The notes beneath the pieces were generated by a model. The model saw only the letters and a program-made list of their open reading frames with translations, did not search any database and was not told where the DNA came from. From contig JAOZRW010000009.1 of the NCBI GenBank assembly GCA_029939995.1, forward strand, positions 698 to 63,352: 62,655 nucleotides of DNA, read 5' to 3'. The DNA is from Acidimicrobiia bacterium (GTDB lineage: Bacteria > Actinomycetota > Acidimicrobiia > Spongiisociales > UBA5794). Position 1 is the stretch's first letter. Each line of letters begins with the position of its first letter. The translations under genes were made by a program, and so were the position numbers. This document shows positions 38,509 to 48,442 of the stretch, in pieces.

Positions 38509-40388
38509 ACGAGATCACATTCGTCCGCATGCGTCCGGCGGAAGCCGTCACTGAGGAGTGGGCGAACGCCAGGCATCGGGAGGGCTCCACCGCGGTCGAG
38601 GTCCAAGCTCCGACGCGAGAAGACACAGATGCCGCCCACGGCGCCGGCCTCCTGTGCGTCTCCGGGAGCCCCGATGACGTCGGTGCCGTCGCTTTTGCCG
38701 TCGACCCGGCGACGGCGCTCGCTCTCGGCGAGGGGGATGTGCCCGGATGGCGGCTGACGATCGTCGACGACGTCGATCGCGCCGCGACGATCGACGGGCT
38801 TGCACGCACGCAGGCGGCATTCCTGCGCGTACGGCGAAGCAGGGTCGCTTCCGGTGCCCGGTTGGCCGAGCTACCCGGCATCGACCCGCGGGTATCGACG
38901 TTCGTCGACACGGTCGAAGAGGCCCTCGTCGCCATCGAGGACGGAGCGACGGACCTGCTGCTGCGGGGATGGGACAGCGGGACGCTCGGTCAACTTCGAG
39001 ACGTCTGCCCCTACCCGCTCGTGGAGCGAACGGCGCTGCCGACCGGCCTTCCGGTCGATGCGGTGCGCGAGCACCTGCAGCCGGAGCAACTCAAGGTCTA
39101 TCTCGACCTCGTCGACGCGTCCGGGGCCGCGCGGCCGCGTACCGGGTGGGCGATCGGGCGAGATCTCCCCGCTCCGCATCCGCCCGGCCGCATCTCGGCC
39201 CAATGGAACGACGACGCGTGGGCGAGGGACCCGCACCTCGGAGGCGGGGACGCCATCGGCACGGAACTGCGCGGCATCCTCGACCGGTCGCTCGAAGGGA
39301 CCCGCCCGAACCGCGACGAGGTCGAGCGCCTGTTCGAGTCCAGGGGGACGGAGGTCGACGCGATCGCGTCGGTCGCCGACATCCTCAGGCAACGGGTCAA
39401 CGGCGACACCGTTTCGTTCGTCGTCAACCGCAACATCAACTACACGAACCAGTGCAGCTACCGCTGCGGGTTCTGCGCATTCTCGAAAGGGCCCCGGTCG
39501 CTGAACCTGCGGGAGGATCCCTACCTGCTCAGCATCCCCCACATCGTTGAGCGGGCGGTCGATGCCTGGAACCGCGGGGCGACGGAGGTCTGCCTCCAGG
39601 GGGGGATCCACCCGGACTTCACCGGAGAGTTCTACCTGACGGTCGTCGAAGCGATCAAGGACGCCGTCCCGGGCATGCACATCCACGGCTTCACGCCGCT
39701 CGAGGTGTGGCAGGGCGCCACCACACTGGGGATCCCCGTTCGCGAGTTTCTCACGATGCTGCGCGATGCCGGTCTCGGGACCCTGCCGGGTACCGCAGCC
39801 GAGATCCTGGACGACCGGATCCGCGAGCACCTGTGCCCCGACAAGATCCGGACGGCACAGTGGGCGGAGGTGATGCTCGTTGCCCACGATCTCGGGTTGC
39901 GATCGACCGCCACCATGATGTTCGGCCACATCGACGACACGGCTTCGTGGGCGAACCACATCGAAGTTCTCCGCGGCATCCAGCAGCGGACGGGCGGTTT
40001 CACGGAATTCGTGCCGCTTCCGTTCGTCCACATGGGGGCGCCGATCTACGTGCGCGGTCGCGCACGCCCCGGCCCCACCTGGGATGAGGTCGTCCTCGTT
40101 CACGCCGTCTCCCGGATCGCGTTCGACGGGTTGATCGAGAACATCCAGGCGTCGTGGGTGAAGATCGGGCTCGAGTCCGGGTTGACGCTCCTCAACGCCG
40201 GAGCGAACGACCTCGGGGGCACCTTGATGGACGAGTACATCTCCGCCGCGGCCGGAGCCTCCCACGGGACCATGATGGACGCCGGGAGCTTCGTCGCCGC
40301 CATCGAATCGATCGGACGAACACCACAGCAGCGCACCACGCTCTACCGTTCCGCTCCGACGATCCGACTCGTTGGAGAGAGCCCGTGA
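38505..40388 (+). CDS. cofH: FO synthase subunit CofH with an N-terminal extension of about 250 aa
   Basis: VVNRNINYTN, CSYRCGFC, TEVCLQGGIHP, PGTAAEILDD and GANDLGGTLMDE; ATGA overlap with cofG. Confidence 0.9.
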   Translation: MNEITFVRMRPAEAVTEEWANARHREGSTAVEVQAPTREDTDAAHGAGLLCVSGSPDDVGAVAFAVDPATALALGEGDVPGWRLTIVDDVDRAATIDGLARTQAAFLRVRRSRVASGARLAELPGIDPRVSTFVDTVEEALVAIEDGATDLLLRGWDSGTLGQLRDVCPYPLVERTALPTGLPVDAVREHLQPEQLKVYLDLVDASGAARPRTGWAIGRDLPAPHPPGRISAQWNDDAWARDPHLGGGDAIGTELRGILDRSLEGTRPNRDEVERLFESRGTEVDAIASVADILRQRVNGDTVSFVVNRNINYTNQCSYRCGFCAFSKGPRSLNLREDPYLLSIPHIVERAVDAWNRGATEVCLQGGIHPDFTGEFYLTVVEAIKDAVPGMHIHGFTPLEVWQGATTLGIPVREFLTMLRDAGLGTLPGTAAEILDDRIREHLCPDKIRTAQWAEVMLVAHDLGLRSTATMMFGHIDDTASWANHIEVLRGIQQRTGGFTEFVPLPFVHMGAPIYVRGRARPGPTWDEVVLVHAVSRIAFDGLIENIQASWVKIGLESGLTLLNAGANDLGGTLMDEYISAAAGASHGTMMDAGSFVAAIESIGRTPQQRTTLYRSAPTIRLVGESP

Positions 40389-40966
40389 CCCATCGCGCCG
40401 ACGCGACCAAGGACCAGCTGTTCGACGCGGCCGTGCGACTGTTCCGCGAACTGGGATACGAAGAGACATCGCATGCGGACATCTCCGCGGAGGCGGACAT
40501 CGGCCGCACGACGTTCTACGAGCACTTCGCCTCCAAGGAGGATCTCCTCGTCCAACTCGTGCAACGCGATCTTCCCGCCCTCATCGATGAGATGCTCGAC
40601 GAAGTCGATCGCGAGCTCCCCGCATCCGAACGGCTCCGTTCTCTGACCGTGAGGTTCGTCGAATTCGTCGGAACCGATCATCTCGGCTTGATCCTGCACA
40701 CGGAGGTGCCACGGCTCTCCGACGAGGCCCAGTCGGCGATCGCCGAATCGCATCGCGCCCTCTCGAGCGAGGTGATGGACATCTACCGCTCCGGGGTCAT
40801 GTCGGGGGAATTCGCCGAGATGCCGGGACCGGTCGTCGGGAGACTGATCCAGGAGACGATGATGGTCGGCGGTCGCGTCGTGATGGACCTTCCCGAACCG
40901 AAGGCGCAGATCCACGACGTCGCCAACGCAACGGCGGATTTCCTCGTCAACGGCCTCCGACGCTGA
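40385..40966 (+). CDS. TetR/AcrR-family regulator
   Basis: HTH region GYEETSHADISAEADIGRTTFYEHFASKE; GTG overlaps the cofH stop. Confidence 0.9.
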   Translation: MTHRADATKDQLFDAAVRLFRELGYEETSHADISAEADIGRTTFYEHFASKEDLLVQLVQRDLPALIDEMLDEVDRELPASERLRSLTVRFVEFVGTDHLGLILHTEVPRLSDEAQSAIAESHRALSSEVMDIYRSGVMSGEFAEMPGPVVGRLIQETMMVGGRVVMDLPEPKAQIHDVANATADFLVNGLRR

Positions 40967-41031
40967 TCCTGCGATCGAAAGAGCGCGGCAGTCGTTCCAC
41001 GCGCACCGATCTCCGGTAGCCTTCGCCCCGC

Positions 41032-41105
41032 GGGCCCGTAGCTCAGTTGGTCAGAGCAGGCGACTCATAATCGCTCGGTCGCAGGTTCGAGTCCTGCCGG
41101 GCCCA
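41032..41105 (+). tRNA. tRNA with CAT anticodon, probably tRNA-Ile2 (lysidine)
   Basis: Acceptor stem GGGCCCG/CGGGCCC plus A, D arm AGCTCAGTTGGTCAGAGC, anticodon arm GGCGA-CTCATAA-TCGCT typical of Ile2, T loop GGTTCGAGTCC. CCA is not encoded; TAGCCT -10 at 41017-41022. Confidence 0.92.
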
Positions 41106-41193
41106 CCGACACCCTGAGGCGCTTCCGGCCGCCCGCCGGATTCGCGCGGCTCCCGTTCTCGTAGGATGGTGTCAGCCGTTGACAAGGAGCGCC

Positions 41194-42813
41194 ATGTCTG
41201 AGTTCCAGTACGAGCCGATGTTCCAGTTGGGTGCCGACGAGACGGAGTACCGCCGGCTCGACATCGAGGGTTTGGTCGACAAGACGAAGGTGGGGGATCG
41301 GGAGATCCTGACGATCGATCCGGAGGCGCTGCGGCTGCTGGCAGCGGAGGCCGTCCACGACGTCTCTCACCTCTTCCGCCCGGCCCATCTGGCCCAGTTG
41401 CGCAAGATCCTCGACGATCCCGAGGCCTCCGACAACGACCGGTTCGTGGCGCTCGAGATGCTGAAGAACGCCGTCGTCGCTTCGGAGATGGTGCTGCCGT
41501 CGTGTCAGGACACGGGGACGGCCATCGTGCACGGTCACAAGGGCGAGAGCGTGTTCACCGGCGCCGACGACGCCGAGTGGCTCTCCCACGGTATCCACGA
41601 CACGTACACCGGCACGAACCTGCGCTACTCGCAGATGGCTCCGATCTCCATGTTCGAGGAGCGCAACACCGGGAACAACCTGCCCGCGCAGATCGAGATC
41701 GAATCCGTACCCGGGGATGAGTACGAGTTCGAGTTCGTCACCAAGGGCGGCGGATCGGCGAACAAGACCTTCCTGTATCAGAAGACGAAGGCGGTCCTCA
41801 ACCCCGAATCGCTGACGGCCTTCGTGGACGAAGCGATCCGGTCGCTCGGTACGGCGGCATGCCCTCCCTATCACCTGGCCATCGTGGTCGGCGGAACGTC
41901 CGCCGAGTTGAATCTCAAGACGGTGAAGCTTGCAAGCACGAAGTACCTCGACGCGCTGCCGACGACCGGAAACGAGTACGGCCGGGCGTTCCGGGATCTC
42001 GAATGGGAGCAGCGGATCCTCCAGATGACCCGTGAAGTCGGCATCGGGGCCCAGTTCGGCGGCAAGTACTTCTGTCACGACGTTCGGGTGATCCGACTCC
42101 CGCGCCACGGTGCCTCGTGTCCGGTCGGCGTGGGCGTCTCGTGCTCGGCCGATCGACAGGTCAAGGCCAGGATCAGCGGCGAGGGGGTCTTCCTGGAGGC
42201 GCTCGAGCGCGATCCGGCACGCTTCCTCCCCGAACCCGACGCAATCGCCGAGCCGGCGGAGGCGGTCGCCATCGACCTCGAGCGTCCCATGAGCGAGATC
42301 CGGGCCGAACTGTCGAAGTACCCGGTCGGGACCCGGCTCGCGTTGACCGGAACGATCGTTGTCGGACGCGACATCGCCCACGCCAAGATCGCGGAGCGCC
42401 TCGACGCCGGCGAGGAGATGCCCCAGTACCTGAAGGATCACATCATCTACTACGCCGGGCCGGCCAAGACTCCGGAAGGCTACGCGTCGGGCTCGTTCGG
42501 GCCGACCACGGCCGGTCGGATGGATCCGTACGTCGATCGCTTCCAGGCCGCGGGTGGCAGCCTCGTGATGCTCGCAAAGGGCAACCGGTCGAAACAGGTC
42601 ACCGACGCCTGTGAGAAGTACGGCGGCTTCTACCTCGGTTCGATCGGCGGGCCGGCGGCGATCCTCGCCAAAGACCGCATCCGCGCCGTCGAGGTTCTCG
42701 AGTACCCGGAACTGGGCATGGAGGCCGTCTGGAAGATCGAGGTCGAGGACTTCCCGGCGTTCATCATCGTCGACGACAAGGGCAACGACTTCTACGCACA
42801 GTTCATGCCGTAG
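41194..42813 (+). CDS. Class I (Fe-S) fumarate hydratase
   Basis: [22 protein letters not shown] and GPTTAGRMD; AAGGAG RBS before ATG 41194. Confidence 0.95.
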   Translation: MSEFQYEPMFQLGADETEYRRLDIEGLVDKTKVGDREILTIDPEALRLLAAEAVHDVSHLFRPAHLAQLRKILDDPEASDNDRFVALEMLKNAVVASEMVLPSCQDTGTAIVHGHKGESVFTGADDAEWLSHGIHDTYTGTNLRYSQMAPISMFEERNTGNNLPAQIEIESVPGDEYEFEFVTKGGGSANKTFLYQKTKAVLNPESLTAFVDEAIRSLGTAACPPYHLAIVVGGTSAELNLKTVKLASTKYLDALPTTGNEYGRAFRDLEWEQRILQMTREVGIGAQFGGKYFCHDVRVIRLPRHGASCPVGVGVSCSADRQVKARISGEGVFLEALERDPARFLPEPDAIAEPAEAVAIDLERPMSEIRAELSKYPVGTRLALTGTIVVGRDIAHAKIAERLDAGEEMPQYLKDHIIYYAGPAKTPEGYASGSFGPTTAGRMDPYVDRFQAAGGSLVMLAKGNRSKQVTDACEKYGGFYLGSIGGPAAILAKDRIRAVEVLEYPELGMEAVWKIEVEDFPAFIIVDDKGNDFYAQFMP

Positions 42814-42837
42814 CAGACCGCCGGCTTCGAAGGCATT

Positions 42838-42852
42838 CCGGAGAAACTCCGG
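42838..42852 (+). terminator. Short hairpin after the fumarase gene
   Basis: CCGGAG-AAA-CTCCGG. Confidence 0.35.
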
Positions 42853-42960
42853 CCCCGTAGGCGCGAGGTGCCCGCGTATGATGAAGGGAGGGCGTCCGAC
42901 CGAGATGTCGACGATCGACCGTTGACGCCGCGATAACTCCCCAACGGAAGGACGATGCAG

Positions 42961-43392
42961 ATGAAGAGCACGGCAACAGCGAACTGGAAGGGCGACCTCT
43001 TCGGTGGCTCGGGCACGGTCGATTTCAAGAGCGGAGCGGCCGGCCCGCTGCCCGTCAGCTGGGCCAGCAGGACCGAAGAAGCGGCAGGGAAGACGAGCCC
43101 GGAAGAGATGATCGCGGCGGCTCACGCCGCGTGCTTCTCGATGGCGTTCTCCAACGAGCTGGCCGGAGCGGGATTCCCCCCGGAGAACCTCGACACGAAA
43201 GCGGTCGCGACCTTCACGAAGGGCGACGACGGATTCCGGATCCGCTCGATGGCGCTGTCCGTCGAAGCGACCATACCGGGCATCGACGCCGACACCTTCG
43301 CGGAGAAGGCCGAGGCGGCCAAGAACGGATGCCCTGTGAGCAATGCTCTCAAAGGGAACGTGGAGATCACTCTGGACGCCAAGCTCGTCTGA
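42961..43392 (+). CDS. osmC: OsmC peroxiredoxin
   Basis: WKGDL..GSG, TSPEEMIAAAHAACF and CPVSNAL. Confidence 0.93.
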   Translation: MKSTATANWKGDLFGGSGTVDFKSGAAGPLPVSWASRTEEAAGKTSPEEMIAAAHAACFSMAFSNELAGAGFPPENLDTKAVATFTKGDDGFRIRSMALSVEATIPGIDADTFAEKAEAAKNGCPVSNALKGNVEITLDAKLV

Positions 43393-43416
43393 CCCGGCGA
43401 ATCTCCCATGAACTGA

Positions 43417-43442
43417 GAGCGGAGGGCTTCGGCCCTCCGCTC
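43417..43442 (+). terminator. Intrinsic terminator-like hairpin
   Basis: GAGCGGAGGGC-TTCG-GCCCTCCGCTC, an 11-bp stem with a cUUCGg loop. Confidence 0.75.
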
Positions 43443-43483
43443 CGTCAATGGGACCTCTGGATCTGGGCACCGCCCGCCATATC

Positions 43484-43509
43484 TAGCATTGTTGTGCGCA
43501 GCAGCAACA
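43484..43509 (+). promoter_or_regulatory. -10 element followed by a palindromic operator upstream of fadN
   Basis: TAGCAT at 43484-43489, then TGTTG-TGCGCAGCAG-CAACA. Confidence 0.45.
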
Positions 43510-43537
43510 CGGGCATCACGCTCGAGGAGAGAGAGTC

Positions 43538-45946
43538 ATGACCATACGGATCAAGCGGGTGGCAGTTCTCGGGGCCGGGGTGATGGGGCAAGGGATCGCA
43601 GCCCACCTCGCCAACGCCGGTATTCCTTCCTATCTGTTCGACATCGCACCGGGAGAGCTCACGGACGCCGAGGCGGCTGCCGGGCTCACCCTCGAAGACC
43701 GGAAGGTCAAGAACCGCATCGCTGAGGCCGGCATCGCTTCGATGAAGCGGGCGAAGCCGGCGCTGCTCTACCGGCCGGACTTCGCCGACATGGTCACTCC
43801 CTGCAACTACGAGGACGATCTCGACAAGCTCGGCGAGTGCGACTGGATCGTCGAAGTCGTCGTCGAGCGCATGGACATCAAGCAGCGGGTCTTCACGATG
43901 GTCGACGAGAACCGCAAACCCGGGAGCGTCGTTTCTTCGAACACGAGCGGGTTGTCGGCCGCGGAGATGGCTGAGGGGCGCAGCGAGGACTTCCGGCGCC
44001 ACTTCATGGTGACCCACTTCTTCAACCCCGTGCGCTACATGCGGCTCCTGGAGGTCGTGCCGATCGCCGACACCGACCCCGACGTGTTCGCGGCGATGGC
44101 CGACTTCGGCGAGCACGTGCTCGGCAAGGGAATCGTGTACTGCAAGGACACGCCGAACTTCATCGCCAACCGCATCGGGACGTTCGGCATGGCATCGGTT
44201 TTCCACTGGATGATGGAGTTCGGCATCGGAGTCGCCGAGACGGACGCCCTCTTCGGGACGGCGATGGGCCGCGCCAAGTCGGCCATCTTCCGGACCGCGG
44301 ACGTCGTCGGGCTCGACACGATGGCCCACGTTCTCAACACGATCGCCGAGGGATGCCCCGACGACCCCTGGCGTGAGCGGTTCGTCCCTCCGGAGGCGAT
44401 CCAGAAACTGGTTGCCGACGGCCGGCTCGGCAGCAAGACCGGTGCAGGCTTCTACAAGAAGGTCAGGGGAGAGAGCGGGAGCGTGATCCTCAGCCTCGAC
44501 CTGGAGACCCTCGAGTACTTCGACGCCGGCAAGGTGCGTCTCGACGTGGTCGGAGCGGCCCGCAAGAAGGAGACCGCCGCCGAGAAGGTCGCGGCGATCG
44601 TCTGGTTCGACGACGACTACGGCCGGTTCGCCTGGAAGGTGACGGCCGAAACCGCGATCTACTCGCTCGAACGGCTCGGCGAGATCGCCGACGACATCGT
44701 CAACATCGATCGGGGGATGCGCTGGGGCTTCGGCTACGAACTCGGACCGTTCGAGACATGGGACGCCATCGGCGTCGCACGCTCGGTCGAGCGCATGCGG
44801 AGCGAAGGCATGACGGTGCCCGACGCCGTCGACGTGCTGCTCGAAAAGGGTGAGGGCACCTGGTACGTGAAGCGCGACGGCGTCGAGTACTACTGGGATG
44901 TGGCCTCCGAGACGTATCTGCCGGTCCCGGTCCCCGAGGACGCGATCTTCCTCACGGCGCTCGCCGATGCGGGGAAGGTCCTCGCCGAGAACGTGGGTGC
45001 GACCCTGTACGACATGGGTGACGGTGTCGGATGTGTTGCGTTCCACACGAAGATGAACGCCATCGACGCGAGCATCGTCGAGATGATCAACACCGGCTGC
45101 GACATGGTCGAGAGCGGCGAGCTCGTAGGTCTCGTCGTCGGTAACGAAGAGACGAACTTCTCGGTCGGCGCCAACATCGGTCTCGTCGGGATGCTCGCCA
45201 TGTCGAAGGAATGGGACCAGATCGACGCCATGTCGAAGGAGCTCCAGGACGCTCTGATGCGCATGAAGTACTGCGACGGCCCGGTCGTGACCGCGCCGCG
45301 GGGCATGGCGCTCGGCGGCGGCTGCGAGATCGTGATGCACGGTGATGCGGTGAGGGCTGCGGCCGAGTCCTACGTGGGGCTCGTCGAAGTCGGTGTCGGC
45401 CTCATCCCGGCCGGCGGTGGAACGAAGGAGATGGCCTTCCGCTTCTACGGTTCGATCCCGGACGGTGTGAACGCCGACCTGTTCCCGTTCGTGCAGCAAG
45501 CATTCCTGAAGATCGGACAGGCGACCGTGTCTACGAGCGCGGAAGAAGCCAAGACGCACGGCTACCTCCGCCGCACCGACAAGGTCACCATCAACCCGGA
45601 CGCCGTCCTCGCAGATGCGAAGGCCGACGTCCTCGCGATGGTGCAGACCGGATACAAGCCGCCGCGACCCAGGAAGGTCCCCGTTCCCGGACGGGACGGG
45701 ATCGCGATGCTCGAAGCCGTCGTGCACGGGATGCACCAGGGCGGCTACGTCACCGAGTACGACGAGCACGTTGCGGGCGTTCTCGCGACGGTCCTGTGCG
45801 GTGGAGACGTGCCGGCCGGGACGCTGCTCAGCGAGCAGGACTTCCTCGATCTCGAACGGGAGGCGTTCGTAGGCCTGTGCAAAGAGCAGAAGACGATGGA
45901 CCGGATCATGCACATGCTCGAGACCGGCAAAGCGCTGCGGAACTGA
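43538..45946 (+). CDS. fadN: 3-hydroxyacyl-CoA dehydrogenase / enoyl-CoA hydratase (FadN type)
   Basis: GAGVMG, SNTSG, HFFNPVRYM and a C-terminal crotonase domain with ALGGGCE and GLVEVGVGLIP. Confidence 0.92.
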   Translation: MTIRIKRVAVLGAGVMGQGIAAHLANAGIPSYLFDIAPGELTDAEAAAGLTLEDRKVKNRIAEAGIASMKRAKPALLYRPDFADMVTPCNYEDDLDKLGECDWIVEVVVERMDIKQRVFTMVDENRKPGSVVSSNTSGLSAAEMAEGRSEDFRRHFMVTHFFNPVRYMRLLEVVPIADTDPDVFAAMADFGEHVLGKGIVYCKDTPNFIANRIGTFGMASVFHWMMEFGIGVAETDALFGTAMGRAKSAIFRTADVVGLDTMAHVLNTIAEGCPDDPWRERFVPPEAIQKLVADGRLGSKTGAGFYKKVRGESGSVILSLDLETLEYFDAGKVRLDVVGAARKKETAAEKVAAIVWFDDDYGRFAWKVTAETAIYSLERLGEIADDIVNIDRGMRWGFGYELGPFETWDAIGVARSVERMRSEGMTVPDAVDVLLEKGEGTWYVKRDGVEYYWDVASETYLPVPVPEDAIFLTALADAGKVLAENVGATLYDMGDGVGCVAFHTKMNAIDASIVEMINTGCDMVESGELVGLVVGNEETNFSVGANIGLVGMLAMSKEWDQIDAMSKELQDALMRMKYCDGPVVTAPRGMALGGGCEIVMHGDAVRAAAESYVGLVEVGVGLIPAGGGTKEMAFRFYGSIPDGVNADLFPFVQQAFLKIGQATVSTSAEEAKTHGYLRRTDKVTINPDAVLADAKADVLAMVQTGYKPPRPRKVPVPGRDGIAMLEAVVHGMHQGGYVTEYDEHVAGVLATVLCGGDVPAGTLLSEQDFLDLEREAFVGLCKEQKTMDRIMHMLETGKALRN

Positions 45947-45966
45947 TGGGGAGAAGGAGCACACAC

Positions 45967-47121
45967 ATGAGTACAGGAGTCGTCGTCACCCACGCCCACC
46001 GCACCGCGGTCGGCAAGTCCGGCAAGGGCACGTTGCGCGAGACCAGGCCCGACGAACTGCTCGGCCGACTCATCGAGGAGTTCATGAAGCGAGTCCCGGA
46101 GGTGGATCCGGTCGAAGTCGACGATGTCATCATCGGTTGCGCCTTCCCCGAAGGCGTCCAGGGCATGAACGTGGCTCGAGTCGCAGCGCTGAGGGCCGGA
46201 TTCCCGGTCTCGGTGCCGGGTATGACGGTCAATCGCTTCTGCAGCAGCGGCCTTCAGACGCTCGCCACCGGGGCGGCACAGATCGCCGCCGGGTGGTCCG
46301 ACGTGGTTCTCACCGGTGGTGTCGAGTCGATGTCGATGGTGCCGATGGGCGGACAGAAGTTCGCTCCGAACCCGACGCTCTTCGAGACGTTCCCGGCCGC
46401 CTACGACGGGATGGGGATCACGAGCGAGACGGTCGCGGAGCGTTACGACGTGAGTCGCGAGGATCAGGACGCGTTCGCGCTGCAGTCGAACGATCGTGCG
46501 CTCGCGGCGATCGCGGAAGGCAGGTTCGCCGACGAGATCATCCCGATCGAGGTGAGCGTTGCCGGCAAGACCGTGGTGTTCGACACCGACGACGGGCCGC
46601 GCAAGAGCACCCTCGAGGGACTCGCGAGGCTTCGGCCGGCGTTCAAGGTGAACGGTCGCTCCACAGCGGGGAACTCGTCGCAGACATCCGACGGGGCAGC
46701 CCTCGAGCTGATCATGAGCCGGGAGGCCGCCGACCGGTACGGGTTCGAGCCCCTGGGGGAGCTCGTCACGTTCCAGGTCGGTGGCGTGCACCCCGACGAG
46801 ATGGGGATCGGGCCGACCGTGGCCATCCCGAAGGCGCTCGAGGCCGCAGGCATGTCGCTCGACGACATCGGCCTCATCGAGCTGAACGAGGCGTTCGCCA
46901 GCCAGGCGCTCTACTCGATGCGCACGCTCGGTCTGGATCCGGCGATCGTCAACGTCAACGGCGGGGCGATCGCTCTGGGGCATCCGCTCGGCTGCACCGG
47001 GGCGAAGCTCACGGCGACGCTGCTCCACGAGATGAAGCGCCGCAACGTCGAGTACGGCATCGTGAGCATGTGCATCGGTGGCGGCATGGGAGCCGCCGCC
47101 ATCTTCAAACGCGATATCTGA
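45967..47121 (+). CDS. fadA: Acetyl-CoA C-acyltransferase (thiolase)
   Basis: [20 protein letters not shown] and MCIGGGMG; AAGGAG RBS. Confidence 0.95.
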   Translation: MSTGVVVTHAHRTAVGKSGKGTLRETRPDELLGRLIEEFMKRVPEVDPVEVDDVIIGCAFPEGVQGMNVARVAALRAGFPVSVPGMTVNRFCSSGLQTLATGAAQIAAGWSDVVLTGGVESMSMVPMGGQKFAPNPTLFETFPAAYDGMGITSETVAERYDVSREDQDAFALQSNDRALAAIAEGRFADEIIPIEVSVAGKTVVFDTDDGPRKSTLEGLARLRPAFKVNGRSTAGNSSQTSDGAALELIMSREAADRYGFEPLGELVTFQVGGVHPDEMGIGPTVAIPKALEAAGMSLDDIGLIELNEAFASQALYSMRTLGLDPAIVNVNGGAIALGHPLGCTGAKLTATLLHEMKRRNVEYGIVSMCIGGGMGAAAIFKRDI

Positions 47122-47228
47122 CGCGAGCGGGCGCGCATCTACGGGAACCATCTAGAGTTCTCACGACACTCGCGTGCGCTCAATCGAGCGTCGACGGGTG
47201 CCGGAGACCAACATCGAAGGGAGAGCCG

Positions 47229-48350
47229 ATGGCTCGAAACAAATGGAGACTGCTGATACTGCTCGCAGTTGTGGCGATGCTCGCTGCAGCGTGCAGCAGC
47301 AGTAGTGACGAAGAGACGACGACGACCGCGGCGAGCGGCGATACGTCGGCTACGACGGAGGCACCGGCCGGTGAGCCGTTCAAGGTCGCTTTCGTCTACG
47401 TCGGACCGACCGAGGACAAGGGATGGTCGTGGGCTCACAACGAGGGCTCCAAGTACCTCGAGGCCAACATGCCCGGCGTCGTGATCACGAGACTCGAGAG
47501 CATCCCCGAGGGCCCGGACTCGCAGCGCGTGTTCGAGGATCTCGCGGCAGACGGCAATCAATTGATCTTCGGTACCTCGTTCGGGTACATGGATCCGATG
47601 CTTGCCGCCGCCGAGAACTACCCGGATACCGTGTTCATGCACGCGACCGGATACAAGAACTCGGCCAACATGAGCAACTACTTCGGCGCTGCCGAAGAGG
47701 GACGCTACCTCTCCGGCATGGCCGCCGGGGCACGAACCGAGTCGAACCTGATCGGGTACGTCGCGGCGTTCCCGATCCCCGAGGTGCTGCGCGGCATCAA
47801 CGCGTTCACGCTCGGCGTTCGTGAAGTGAATCCCGATGCCGAGGTGCAGGTCGTCTGGACCTCGACGTGGTTCGATCCGCCCAAGGAGGGCGACGCCGCA
47901 CAGGCGCTGCTCGACAACGGTGCGGACGTCATCGCCATGCACCAGGACTCGTCCGCTCCCGGCCAGGCGGCCGAGGCGGCCGGTGCCGGCTGGGTCGGCT
48001 ACAACACCGACATGTCCGAGTTCGCTCCCAACAGCTGGCTCACAGCAGCCATCTGGGATTGGGGCCCCTACTACCTCGCGACGGCCGAGGCTGTCAAGGC
48101 GGGGACGTGGACCAACGAGCCCTTCTACGGGCACATGTCGGACGGAACGGTCGATCTCGCCCCGTTCGGGCCTTCGGTCAGCGATGACACGAAGGCGTTG
48201 ATCGAGACGCGGAAGCAGGAGATCATCGACGGAACCTTCCAGGTTCTGCCCGATCCGATCGTGAACCAGGACGGTGTCGAGCAGCCACTCGGCGACATCT
48301 TCAGCATGGACTACTTCGTTGAAGGCGTCATCGGCAACGCCAGCGGCTGA
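47229..48350 (+). CDS. BMP-family ABC substrate-binding lipoprotein (probably purine nucleosides)
   Basis: Lipobox LAAAC, DKGWSWAH, TSFGY, PIPEV..INAF and WFDP. Confidence 0.9.
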   Translation: MARNKWRLLILLAVVAMLAAACSSSSDEETTTTAASGDTSATTEAPAGEPFKVAFVYVGPTEDKGWSWAHNEGSKYLEANMPGVVITRLESIPEGPDSQRVFEDLAADGNQLIFGTSFGYMDPMLAAAENYPDTVFMHATGYKNSANMSNYFGAAEEGRYLSGMAAGARTESNLIGYVAAFPIPEVLRGINAFTLGVREVNPDAEVQVVWTSTWFDPPKEGDAAQALLDNGADVIAMHQDSSAPGQAAEAAGAGWVGYNTDMSEFAPNSWLTAAIWDWGPYYLATAEAVKAGTWTNEPFYGHMSDGTVDLAPFGPSVSDDTKALIETRKQEIIDGTFQVLPDPIVNQDGVEQPLGDIFSMDYFVEGVIGNASG

Positions 48351-48373
48351 TCGATCGACGCGAAGAATGACGT

Positions 48374-48403
48374 CAGGGAACCCCGCTTCGGCGGGGTTCC
48401 CTG
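48374..48403 (+). terminator. Strong hairpin between the binding-protein and ATPase genes
   Basis: CAGGGAACCCCGC-TTCG-GCGGGGTTCCCTG, a 13-bp stem. Confidence 0.75.
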
Positions 48404-48442
48404 CGTTCTGACGGCTCGGGAATTTCCCGCTAGTGTGTCGTC

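Noticed and set aside
41032-41105. tRNA-Met call, and use of the tRNA as an integration site
   Set aside because: The anticodon arm resembles Ile2 and initiator features (three G-C pairs, C1 mismatch) are absent. I saw no integrase or duplicated 3' end.
41065-47151. Antisense ORFs of 801, 839 and 468 aa opposite fumarase, osmC, fadN and fadA
   Set aside because: Codon-bias shadows of conserved genes.
47122-47228. Purine riboswitch upstream of the BMP nucleoside transporter
   Set aside because: Conserved purine-aptamer junction sequences are absent; only a TAGAGT -10 and a weak GC stem are present.
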